Of a stretch of DNA of 64,000 nt, positions 41,505-50,419 are shown piece by piece. The notes under the pieces were generated by a model that made no database searches, was not told where the DNA came from, and saw only the letters and a program-made list of their open reading frames with translations. The first letter of the stretch is position 1. Every line of letters begins with the position of its first letter. The stretch lies in sequence record NC_041878.1; one strand, written 5' to 3'. Position numbers and translations under genes: made by a program.

Positions 41505-43891
41505 TATTGTGTTTTCCCATTCTTTTTAATTGATTCTGTACTTTCAGTTACGTCATTGTACTGGTCTTTTCGTCTTAAAGAACGAATTACCAATCCACCC
41601 GTAATCTGTTGTGTGAATGTTCCGTTGCTATTAAATTCACTTACAATTTTATTCACACGATAGAATGTTTGTGCAAATACTGAACTTTGGTTAATTTCCA
41701 AAATACCAGTTTCATCACTAATAGCAACGATTGGTTTTAAATTTAGAAGTAGATAAGTTTCAGTAGTTAAGTAGTTTGCAAAATGAATATCTGAAGGATC
41801 TGGATTAATATCTTGTCCTTGTACTGCACGGTCTAGATATTTCATATATGAGTAATCACCCCATCCTAACCAGAATGGATCTCCAATTACTTTCATATCT
41901 AACTTAGCTAAGAATGAACGGTTATAATAATTATCACGCACTAAACGACGTTCCAGTTCATCATCAGAACTGTTATCACCTTTTGTACCTGAGTTTGTTG
42001 TTTTAGTGTTAGTTGGCTCAACCGGAACACTATCAACTCTAGGAGAACCTATACCATTAGTACCTTCAGTTGTTAAGTCAATATCTTTACGGAAATCTTC
42101 AATGTACTGTGGTAAAGCAGCACTTAGTGAAAGACTATAATTACTTTGGTCAGTTTCACCCTCAGTTGGCATCACCAGTGAAGCAGTTACACCTTGAGCA
42201 TCACGAATAAACTGACGTTCTTCATCGGTTAGCTGTCTTCCATTTTTTTGTTCACGAACGAGACTTCGTGATTTAGCCCATAATGCTGTGGCATCAGTTG
42301 TTGAATATTCTTGACCAGCTAATTCTAATGTTTCAGCCGTATGTGTACCGCTTGAGTTAGATGGGTCGATTTGAGATTGTGGATTACGAATAAATGCAAG
42401 GTTGAAACCTTGATCGTATTTTAAATCCAAGTTTAAAATTTCATTGTTTAAACCACTGAATTGATAGTCATATCGTTTCGCATTTATTTTTGGTAAACGA
42501 GAAGGATCAGTTTCATCAGCAATTTTATCAGCATTTTGGTAGAAGTAATCTAGGTTAAAAGATTCTGGTGCTAAATCATCTTTTGAGGTAATGTCACCAA
42601 TCTTATATTTTAAGATATAGAAGAAACTTTTAAAAGCTGATGTATTACGAATTGGATCAAATCCAACATACCGAGATACAGGAATTATATTCACAAATTG
42701 TCTACGCTTGTCAGTACTTTCATGTAATGGCATACAGCAGTCAAGAATATCATCTATAACACGTGATACAGGAACATCAGCACCCCATGTAAATTCTTTT
42801 GCAGCACTTGTACCGCTTGGGGCTTGGCTAACTTCAGGACTCTGCTTAACGTCATAGTTAATTGACATATTAGCAAGTTCTGTTGGACATTTAAGTTCGA
42901 AGTACTTGTCATTAGCGAAAGCTGCATAACGGTATCGTAAGTATCCGTACTGGTCTGTTGCTACTTTGTTTAAGTGGTCTTCTAATTGTTGAATGAATTC
43001 ACCGAAGTTTCCAGTTGTACAAGTATATGGTTCCATCAAAGTCCAGTCTTTGTTTTCCATTACGCCACCACGAGTACTTGTCATCGTGAAGGTATATGTC
43101 ATGGTTCCACCAGATGAACTTGCTGAACCCTGAATTGTGTTTATACGAACACTCCATTTACGATTCAAACCTGGAATAATCATTGGTTCACCAGTATCTT
43201 GATCATAACCGACAAAGTTCAAATCAAGAACCATAGGAACATCCATGAACTTTTTATAGCCTAGTTCGTTTGATAGTACTACTAAATCATCGAACAAACT
43301 CATACCACCATTTTCTTGAACTTCCATAATACAGGTGTTCATAGAATAGTTGGATGTTAAGCCTGGCGTTGCAGGACCAGCCATCGTGAACTTAACACTA
43401 TTAATACTATAACGACCAGTTACACCACTCTGAGCAATAACATACTTAGATACTGGTGCATCAGGATTGTTTAAAAAGAATTCATACTCGGATGCATTCA
43501 TTGAATACAATGAAAAATTCCAAGTCCATTGGTCATAAGACAACAACGGATTATCATATGGTAGTATCAAATCATTAAGATTTATGTTTGAGTACGTTCC
43601 ATCAGTTGCGTTATATGATTTTTGTTTTTCATTATTTGGACGTAAAACATATCCATTTGTTGAACCAGGAACCATACCTTTAACTGAGTTTGAAGTTTCT
43701 TCAATTCCTTGTTTAAGTGAGTTCACTGTTGCATTAGCTGTAGCCTGTGCATTATTTTTTGCTTTAGAAACTGATTCGTTTAAAGCGGTAACGTTTGATA
43801 AAATTTGATCAGATACACCTTCTATATTACCATCAGGTGTTCCGGTTTTACCCGTTGTCACTTTGTTAACTATATTATTAATTGACGCCAT
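41504..43891 (-). CDS. putative baseplate hub protein (gp27/late-control-D-like), 795 aa
   Basis: Lies between gp53-like and gp5-like genes; C-terminal VIGDPFW and Y.V..I...F..G.FTQ motifs. Confidence 0.55.
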   Translation of the reverse strand: MASINNIVNKVTTGKTGTPDGNIEGVSDQILSNVTALNESVSKAKNNAQATANATVNSLKQGIEETSNSVKGMVPGSTNGYVLRPNNEKQKSYNATDGTYSNINLNDLILPYDNPLLSYDQWTWNFSLYSMNASEYEFFLNNPDAPVSKYVIAQSGVTGRYSINSVKFTMAGPATPGLTSNYSMNTCIMEVQENGGMSLFDDLVVLSNELGYKKFMDVPMVLDLNFVGYDQDTGEPMIIPGLNRKWSVRINTIQGSASSSGGTMTYTFTMTSTRGGVMENKDWTLMEPYTCTTGNFGEFIQQLEDHLNKVATDQYGYLRYRYAAFANDKYFELKCPTELANMSINYDVKQSPEVSQAPSGTSAAKEFTWGADVPVSRVIDDILDCCMPLHESTDKRRQFVNIIPVSRYVGFDPIRNTSAFKSFFYILKYKIGDITSKDDLAPESFNLDYFYQNADKIADETDPSRLPKINAKRYDYQFSGLNNEILNLDLKYDQGFNLAFIRNPQSQIDPSNSSGTHTAETLELAGQEYSTTDATALWAKSRSLVREQKNGRQLTDEERQFIRDAQGVTASLVMPTEGETDQSNYSLSLSAALPQYIEDFRKDIDLTTEGTNGIGSPRVDSVPVEPTNTKTTNSGTKGDNSSDDELERRLVRDNYYNRSFLAKLDMKVIGDPFWLGWGDYSYMKYLDRAVQGQDINPDPSDIHFANYLTTETYLLLNLKPIVAISDETGILEINQSSVFAQTFYRVNKIVSEFNSNGTFTQQITGGLVIRSLRRKDQYNDVTESTESIKKNGKTQ

Positions 43892-43902
43892 GTTGAATAT
43901 CC

Positions 43903-44217
43903 TTACTTAACATTACGTGAACTGTTCAACCAAGTTTGTACACGCTGTAGTGTTGGAACTGTAATAACTTTTCCAGCAGTAAAATCATAAATTGGATCTA
44001 CTAGAATGTCTGGATTAATTAGTGCAAAGATGTAGTATAAACGTTCATTACCGTACAATTCCTTAGCTAAACGCCACGGTTGTTCATTGAACTGCGTAGG
44101 GATTGTATATTCTACATCTGAATCTGCTTTTATAATTGATTGTGGTAAATTGTAATCAAGATACCATGTTTGTTTTACTTTCGCATAAGGCGAATATAAA
44201 CTATATTTGGAAGCCAT
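43903..44217 (-). CDS. gp53: LysM-like baseplate wedge protein, T4 gp53 / P2 X-like
   Basis: WRLAKELYG..RLYY.FA..N ... G..I.VP. Confidence 0.75.
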   Translation of the reverse strand: MASKYSLYSPYAKVKQTWYLDYNLPQSIIKADSDVEYTIPTQFNEQPWRLAKELYGNERLYYIFALINPDILVDPIYDFTAGKVITVPTLQRVQTWLNSSRNVK

Positions 44218-44954
44218 TAAATGAATCCTCCTTTACGTAATAGTGCACCACGCTTAAAAGCATTCAGATTAAACTTAGTAGTCATGTAATCTGGTGTTGG
44301 TTGCTGTTCAAGCTGCAATGTGATTGTCATTTTTTGTGGAATCCATACTTCATTTTCTGGATTCGTTGTTCCTACATCACGAAGATTTTCGAAATATGCA
44401 CGAGTTGCAGAATCCGAATAATCATATCCATCTAGAGAACTATCCAGTGGAACTTGAATGTATGAAACATCATCTGGATAACTGAACTGATACGACTTGA
44501 TAATAACAGGAATGTCATTATAAATGTAACGTCCATATCCACTTAGTAATAGAATTGGTGGTGGTGCACCTACAACAGCAAAGTCAGGATTTTGTGATAG
44601 TGCTGCTGTTCTACCAAAGTCCATCAATGTTACTGAACGAATGAAATGCATACATGCTAAAGTATACATCGCTTCCATTGCAGTACTGGCATAGAAGGAA
44701 CCTTGAATAGTAATTACTGTATTTGAAGTGTTTTTGTAGTTGTTGTAACCACTATTTGTATGAACTGGTTGATCCATTTCATAATTTATTGTTCTTTGTT
44801 CTGATATGATAGGTGTATAGTTCCATACCATACCATTTGTAACACGTAAGAAAGACAAAATAGATGTTTGGGAAGTTCCAGCATTGCTTACATCTCCATA
44901 AACATAGTTAGCCGCAGCATCTTTTGGTCTTAATCTAATTCTACGATCTATCAT
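44217..44954 (-). CDS. putative tail-tube initiator (gp48/gp54-like)
   Basis: Upstream of gp53; PPP.LLLSGYG motif. Start moved to MIDRR (44954), after ggag; TATAAATA at 44990-44983. Confidence 0.55.
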   Translation of the reverse strand: MIDRRIRLRPKDAAANYVYGDVSNAGTSQTSILSFLRVTNGMVWNYTPIISEQRTINYEMDQPVHTNSGYNNYKNTSNTVITIQGSFYASTAMEAMYTLACMHFIRSVTLMDFGRTAALSQNPDFAVVGAPPPILLLSGYGRYIYNDIPVIIKSYQFSYPDDVSYIQVPLDSSLDGYDYSDSATRAYFENLRDVGTTNPENEVWIPQKMTITLQLEQQPTPDYMTTKFNLNAFKRGALLRKGGFI

Positions 44955-44993
44955 ATACGTTCTCCAAGAAAATCTTATCAAGTATTTATAATA

Positions 44994-45022
44994 TGGAACG
45001 TTTTTTAAAATTGTGGTATAAT
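44994..45022 (+). promoter_or_regulatory. early/middle-type promoter TGGAACGT-N10-TGTGGTATAAT
   Basis: Matches the consensus; drives gp55-47-46. Confidence 0.8.
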
Positions 45023-45070
45023 AGAGAGGTAAAACAAGGATCGTTTTATATAAAAACATGGAGATTTTTA

Positions 45071-45931
45071 ATGGCAATTAAACCAAAACGCAAGAAGTAC
45101 TTGAACAATGCGGATTTGCTAAGAGAAATTCACATCAGTAAAATGTCATATTGTTGGGTTCTAGACGATGCTTACAATATGTATGATTATATCGTCTTCG
45201 ACGAATCCGAAATTACTGAAGAATTACTTGAACTGGCGGCAGCAGAGCGAATTAAACGACTGAATTCCAGTACTTTAGATAAAATACGTGCAGAACATGC
45301 TTTCACTGCCAAGAAAGCAAAAGAATTTGCTGAAGAAAAGAATCTTTTGCTACATGATGTACCTCAAGATGAAGTAGTTATTCGTGTTATCACTAATGAA
45401 CACGTACCTTTCATCGAAGGAACTGACAACGAAAAGAAAGTTCGTACTAATTTTGAACCATTCAAGCATTATATCGTTGATGAAACAGGTGAACTTTATG
45501 AAGTTGCTCGTTCACATTGGCGTGGAACACTTGAAAATGGAGAATTCAGTACTACTCATGGTCGGCAAACTAATGAATTAGGTAAAATGTTCATTAAACT
45601 TGCTGAAGAAATTTCACATAAGCCTAATTATCGAAATTATACTTACTTAGATGAAATGATGGGTGATGCTAGAATCCAATTAGTGAAGAATGCTCTCCTT
45701 TTCAATGAAAGTATTTTGTACAAAAAGGTAAAACCAGCAGTTCAGCTTAACCCTTTCGCATATTACACTTCATTTGTTAATAACGCATTCCGTTCAGTAC
45801 TTAATGCTGAGAAGAATGTACGTAATATACGTGATGACTTATTAGAGTTACAAGGTTTTAACCCAAGTCACACTCGACAAATCGAAATTGAAATGAAAAT
45901 GCTAGAAAGGAAGCAAAATGGCACTATTTGA
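45071..45931 (+). CDS. gp55: late-transcription sigma factor, T4 gp55-like, with a large insertion
   Basis: YLNNADLL (T4 YVNNKELL), LG.MF..LAE.IS...NY..YTY.DEM..D, NPFAYYT....NAF; precedes gp47/46 as in T4. Start 45071 after ggag. Confidence 0.85.
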   Translation: MAIKPKRKKYLNNADLLREIHISKMSYCWVLDDAYNMYDYIVFDESEITEELLELAAAERIKRLNSSTLDKIRAEHAFTAKKAKEFAEEKNLLLHDVPQDEVVIRVITNEHVPFIEGTDNEKKVRTNFEPFKHYIVDETGELYEVARSHWRGTLENGEFSTTHGRQTNELGKMFIKLAEEISHKPNYRNYTYLDEMMGDARIQLVKNALLFNESILYKKVKPAVQLNPFAYYTSFVNNAFRSVLNAEKNVRNIRDDLLELQGFNPSHTRQIEIEMKMLERKQNGTI

Positions 45932-46949
45932 TAAAGCGATTGTCTTTACAGACATTCACTTAGGTTTGAAAAACAATAGCAAGGAGCATAATATCGATTG
46001 CGTTGAGTTTGTTCAATTCATGATCGATGAAGCTAAGCAAAGAGATATTAAAACTTGCATCTTTATGGGAGACTTCTTCCACAATCGTAGTAACATTAAC
46101 ATCCATACACTAGATTACGGCCTACTTATCATGAATATGTTGAATGAATCATTCGACATTACTTATTTCCTAGTAGGAAACCATGATATGTATTATAAAA
46201 ACAAGCGTGATGTAACCAGTATCAACATGGCAAAATCATTTGACAGAATTCACTTCGTCAATAACATCGAAACCATTGATGACTGTACTTTTATACCGTT
46301 TTTAGTAGATGATGAATACAAACAACTACCTTCTATTCGTAGTAAGTACGTTTTTGGTCATTTAGAACTTCCTGGTTATCTTTTGAATAAGATGGTAGCA
46401 ATGCCTGACCACGGAAAAGAGACTGAAGATTCATTTGCTGGATGTGAATATGTGTTTAGTGGTCATTTCCACAAACGACAAGCTAAAGTTACATCAAAAG
46501 GTACTAAAATTCTGTACACTGGAAACTGTTTCCCACATAACTTCTCAGATACTTGGGATGATGCACGTGGAATTATGTTCCTAGAACATGGTGGCGAGCC
46601 TGAATTCAAAATGTGGCCTGGTGCACCAAGATACAGACACTTTACCTTATCAGAATTACTATCTGAACCAACCTATTATCTAGAAGATAACGTTGTTGCT
46701 AAAATTCAGATTGATATTCCTATTACAATGGATGAGATTGCTTTTATTCGTGAAACTTTTACTAAATTGTATAAGATTCGTGAATTTAATATTATTCCTG
46801 GCAAGAAACTAGTTGAAAACAACTTCAGTACTGATAATTTTGAAGGTAGTACTGAAACTGTTGACGAAATAGTTATTGCTCAGATTAAAGAAAACAAATC
46901 TAATGTAATTGACAATGATCTATTGATTCAACTTTATCTATCACTATAA
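45918..46949 (+). CDS. gp47: recombination nuclease subunit, gp47 / Mre11-SbcD-like
   Basis: FTDIHLG, GDFFH, GNHD, GHLE and SGHFH phosphoesterase motifs. Confidence 0.93.
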   Translation: MALFDKAIVFTDIHLGLKNNSKEHNIDCVEFVQFMIDEAKQRDIKTCIFMGDFFHNRSNINIHTLDYGLLIMNMLNESFDITYFLVGNHDMYYKNKRDVTSINMAKSFDRIHFVNNIETIDDCTFIPFLVDDEYKQLPSIRSKYVFGHLELPGYLLNKMVAMPDHGKETEDSFAGCEYVFSGHFHKRQAKVTSKGTKILYTGNCFPHNFSDTWDDARGIMFLEHGGEPEFKMWPGAPRYRHFTLSELLSEPTYYLEDNVVAKIQIDIPITMDEIAFIRETFTKLYKIREFNIIPGKKLVENNFSTDNFEGSTETVDEIVIAQIKENKSNVIDNDLLIQLYLSL

Positions 46950-46961
46950 TTGGAGGCAAGG

Positions 46962-49103
46962 ATGCTATCTATTAAACGTATTTCAATGCGTAATTTCTTT
47001 TCATTTGGTAATGCACCACAAGTTTTAGAACTAGATAGTACTGACCTTGCGTTAGTACTCGGTCAAAACAATGATGCATCTGTTGGGGATGATGCTGCTG
47101 GTCGCCGTAATGGTGTTGGTAAGTCAGCAATCATTCAAGGAATCGTGTTCGGATTATACGGAAAAAGCATCGGTAATGATATTAAAATTCCTAACTTAGT
47201 GAATAAGATTAATGCTAAGAATTGCGAAGTCACTATCGATTTTGAAAAAGATGGCGTAGAATATCGTATTGAACGTGGGCGTAATCCCACGTTTTTTAAT
47301 TTTCTAACGCTAGGTGATCACCAGAATGTAGTTGATGATTCTCGTGGTGAAAAGAAAGATACACAAGAAGACTTAAATGAAATTCTTGGAATCTCTCAGT
47401 TACTATTTGAGCACATCGTAGTACTGAACGCTAACGTAGAACCATTCCTATCACTTTCGCAACAAAAACAACGTGAAATGATCGAAGAACTACTTGGTAT
47501 CACACAACTAACAGAGAAAGCAAATCTCTTAAAGGATATGTATAAGGAAACTAAACGTCAAGCAGATCAAGAGAAGTTCAAGATTGAGACAATTACAGAA
47601 TCCAATAAACGTATTCAACAAAGTATTGAGTCATTACAGACTCGTGCTAACGAATTTGAGCAAAAGAAAGCACAAACTATTAAAGAATTGACTGATAATC
47701 TAAAAGATTTTGAAGGAGTAGACTTTAACCAACTGTTTGTACTTGCAGAACAAATGGAAGCTGCTATTGCACATAATAATGCACGTGAAAAACTTGAAAA
47801 TCGAGTCAATCAACTTGCAGTTAAGCACGAAGAATACTCAATATCACTTCAAGAAAAGAAAGATGCAGTACTGAAGCAAATTGAAGACTTATCAAAGCTT
47901 GATATTGATGCAGAACTATCTTTGCATGAAGAATTAGAGATGTGGAACACGTTAGACCAGATGTTAAAAGAGTCTTTGAATACTAAACGTTTCAAAGAAC
48001 AACAAATCAAATCCGTTTCAGAAAAACTAAAGCTACAGAACACCAGTTTAGCAAGTACTAAGCTTAACATGGCTACTCTAGCTGACAATAAATGCCCTAT
48101 GTGTCAATCTGAACTAGAAAAATCACATAGTCATGATGAAATGATAAAGAAATCTGAGGAAACAATCAAAGAACTCGAAGAAAGTATTAAAGTACTTGAA
48201 TCAGAGCTTGAAACATTGCAAAATGAAGTTCAAGAATTAGAAATCTTTGATATGCCAGAAAAACCTAAGACTTTTTATCCTTCAATCTCTGAAGCTAAGC
48301 TTCATGAACACAAATTAGAAGAATTGAAGAAGCAAAGTACTGGTGATGACATTAATATCTATGATGAGGAACTAATGACTGCATTTGCAGAGTTAGAAAG
48401 TACAGAGTTAATGGATGTTCCTGAAGTTTACAGTACTGATGAGGTGAAAGATCTTAAACGTGCATATGATTCATACATTACTTCATTAGAGCGTGAACAA
48501 AATTCACAAAACCCATTCTTTGAGCAAATTGAAACTCTTAAAACGAATTCAATTCAATCAGTGGATTATGATGAATACAATAAATTAGTCAAACTTGCTG
48601 ACCATCAGGATTATTTGACTAAACTACTAATGAATAAAGATTCGTTCGTTCGTCGCCGTATTATTGACCAGAATATTTCCTTCTTGAACTCAAGATTGCA
48701 GTACTGGATCGATAAATCAGGCTCACAACATACTGTTGAGTTCCTAAATGACCTAAGTGTAGATATTAATCTAAATGGACAGTCATACGACTTCAAACAG
48801 TTATCTCGTGGTGAACGTACTCGTGTAATTATCGCACTGAACCTAGCGTTCCGTGATACTTACGAGTCATTATATCAAGGAATCAACATTCTACTCGTTG
48901 ATGAATTGCTAGATAATGGTCTTGATAGTGGTGGTATCGAATGTTCATGGCATATGCTTCAAGATTTGAGTGCAATCCGTGGTAAGAACATCTTTGTTGT
49001 TTCGCACCGTGAAGAATTAGTAAATCGTGCTAGTTCCATACTACGAGTCGTGAAAGAAGATAGTTTCAGTACTATGGAATTCTGTGACGTATTAGACCTA
49101 TAA
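46962..49103 (+). CDS. gp46: recombination ATPase subunit, gp46 / Rad50-SbcC-like
   Basis: NGVGKS Walker A, coiled coil with CPMC zinc hook, LSRGE signature, LLVDE Walker B. Start 46962 after ggagg. Confidence 0.93.
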   Translation: MLSIKRISMRNFFSFGNAPQVLELDSTDLALVLGQNNDASVGDDAAGRRNGVGKSAIIQGIVFGLYGKSIGNDIKIPNLVNKINAKNCEVTIDFEKDGVEYRIERGRNPTFFNFLTLGDHQNVVDDSRGEKKDTQEDLNEILGISQLLFEHIVVLNANVEPFLSLSQQKQREMIEELLGITQLTEKANLLKDMYKETKRQADQEKFKIETITESNKRIQQSIESLQTRANEFEQKKAQTIKELTDNLKDFEGVDFNQLFVLAEQMEAAIAHNNAREKLENRVNQLAVKHEEYSISLQEKKDAVLKQIEDLSKLDIDAELSLHEELEMWNTLDQMLKESLNTKRFKEQQIKSVSEKLKLQNTSLASTKLNMATLADNKCPMCQSELEKSHSHDEMIKKSEETIKELEESIKVLESELETLQNEVQELEIFDMPEKPKTFYPSISEAKLHEHKLEELKKQSTGDDINIYDEELMTAFAELESTELMDVPEVYSTDEVKDLKRAYDSYITSLEREQNSQNPFFEQIETLKTNSIQSVDYDEYNKLVKLADHQDYLTKLLMNKDSFVRRRIIDQNISFLNSRLQYWIDKSGSQHTVEFLNDLSVDINLNGQSYDFKQLSRGERTRVIIALNLAFRDTYESLYQGINILLVDELLDNGLDSGGIECSWHMLQDLSAIRGKNIFVVSHREELVNRASSILRVVKEDSFSTMEFCDVLDL

Positions 49104-49105
49104 AC

Positions 49106-49133
49106 AAAAAGGAGCCATTAGGCTCCTTTTTTT
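49106..49133. terminator. bidirectional terminator
   Basis: AAAAAGGAGCC-atta-GGCTCCTTTTTTT. Confidence 0.9.
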
Positions 49134-49866
49134 ATGATATTTTTGTACCAGGATAAATTGTACTTAAATTAAAACCTGAAATATCAAAATATTGACCAGT
49201 CCGTAATCTGTAACGGTCTATGACCGCATACGACGACTGAGGGTTAGCTCGACCGAAATTTCCAATTATAGCAAGGTCTTGCCATGTTGTTCCGGTAATA
49301 TTAAATGAAAATTCTTCAACAAGAATCCCATTTTTGAAAAAATATAATCTTCCGTTGAGATATTGAATAGCATAGTGATAGAATACATTACTTATGTAAA
49401 CATTTGATGATACGTTTCCTGCGTACAATGCCCCACCTGAATTCTGAAATACTTGAGTTGTTGAAAAATGATCTATTTCAAAACGTGTGGAGAATTCTTG
49501 ATTAGAAATATTGCTATTGACAAATATAACTGGACAATATGCAACACCATCTGTTACAACAACATTTTGTTTCACATAAAAATCAAGACACCATGACGTT
49601 GTAAAAATGCCTTGAGCCGTAGATTTAAAAGTACTGATGTATCCTTGATTTAAATTAATTCCTGAACCAAATGGAGAACCAATTCCTAATGATGGAGTAG
49701 TTCCATTAAGCTGGAAAACTACATTACCGACTCTCATTGTGTTTCCTGCATAATCAGTAAAGCCATTACTATTGAAAATTGATGAGTCATATGCAATAAC
49801 TTCATTTCCAGTATACCAACGTGCTATAGTGTTCCCGTATTCAAACATTCTTGGAAATGGTAACAT
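49132..49866 (-). CDS. concanavalin A / LamG-like domain protein (likely virion)
   Basis: WCLDFYV, HYAIQY.NG.LYFFKNG and IDRYRL motifs. Confidence 0.6.
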   Translation of the reverse strand: MLPFPRMFEYGNTIARWYTGNEVIAYDSSIFNSNGFTDYAGNTMRVGNVVFQLNGTTPSLGIGSPFGSGINLNQGYISTFKSTAQGIFTTSWCLDFYVKQNVVVTDGVAYCPVIFVNSNISNQEFSTRFEIDHFSTTQVFQNSGGALYAGNVSSNVYISNVFYHYAIQYLNGRLYFFKNGILVEEFSFNITGTTWQDLAIIGNFGRANPQSSYAVIDRYRLRTGQYFDISGFNLSTIYPGTKIS

Positions 49867-49867
49867 T

Positions 49868-50344
49868 TTATCCTCTCTTAATCTTTGTCATATCTAAATC
49901 ACCAGATTTAATTAATTTACGAGCTTGATTGGCTCTTTTAGCAGTATTGGATTCTGGAGTTATACCAAATGATTCTAGTACTGAACATTGTTGTGCTGCT
50001 GGAAGTGCTTTGAACTTCTTAACATCAACAGTAAGTGCAGTATGATGTATATGTGTTTCAGTATAGTCCTGTTCATAATAGTCTGCTAAATTTCTTAAAA
50101 CCGTAGGTAAATCTTTATCAGTTAAATGTTTAATGTATCTATCGAATGCGTTTTGTACTTTACCTTCGAAAGAGTTTACTGTACGATCTAGTACTGCCCG
50201 ACATTCTTGTTCACCTTTATGATTATGGTCTAGAACAGGGTCTTGTACTTTCTCTTTGATAATTGGATCTAATCCTTTTTGACTTTTAAGTAATTCCTGC
50301 CTGTACTTGGCAGCTTCTTTAGAATTTTTTAATCTCTTTCTCAT
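49868..50344 (-). CDS. gp49: recombination/packaging endonuclease VII, T4 gp49-like
   Basis: LDHNH, N.FEGK and L.NLADY...DY...IH align with T4 EndoVII; same length class (158 aa). Confidence 0.8.
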   Translation of the reverse strand: MRKRLKNSKEAAKYRQELLKSQKGLDPIIKEKVQDPVLDHNHKGEQECRAVLDRTVNSFEGKVQNAFDRYIKHLTDKDLPTVLRNLADYYEQDYTETHIHHTALTVDVKKFKALPAAQQCSVLESFGITPESNTAKRANQARKLIKSGDLDMTKIKRG

Positions 50345-50387
50345 ATGTACCCCAAAAAGTTTCCATATTGTATTTAATAAAATATCT

Positions 50388-50416
50388 TGGAACGATGAAA
50401 AATTTTGTGGTATAAT
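50388..50416 (+). promoter_or_regulatory. early/middle-type promoter TGGAACGA-N10-TGTGGTATAAT with no downstream gene
   Basis: Perfect consensus copy facing a ~700-nt region with no credible ORF. Confidence 0.8.
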
Positions 50417-50419
50417 ATG

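Noticed and set aside
44993-45077. Apparent overlap of the gp55 ORF (from 44993) and the minus-strand ORF (from 45077)
   Set aside because: Both track starts run through the divergent promoter region. RBS-supported starts are 45071 (+) and 44954 (-), which do not overlap. The same artefact affects track starts 2033, 3672, 21831, 38829 and 60599.
693-45931. Inteins in the MoxR or gp55 insertions
   Set aside because: No C/S-start block-A or HN-C/S/T end motifs, and no LAGLIDADG signature.
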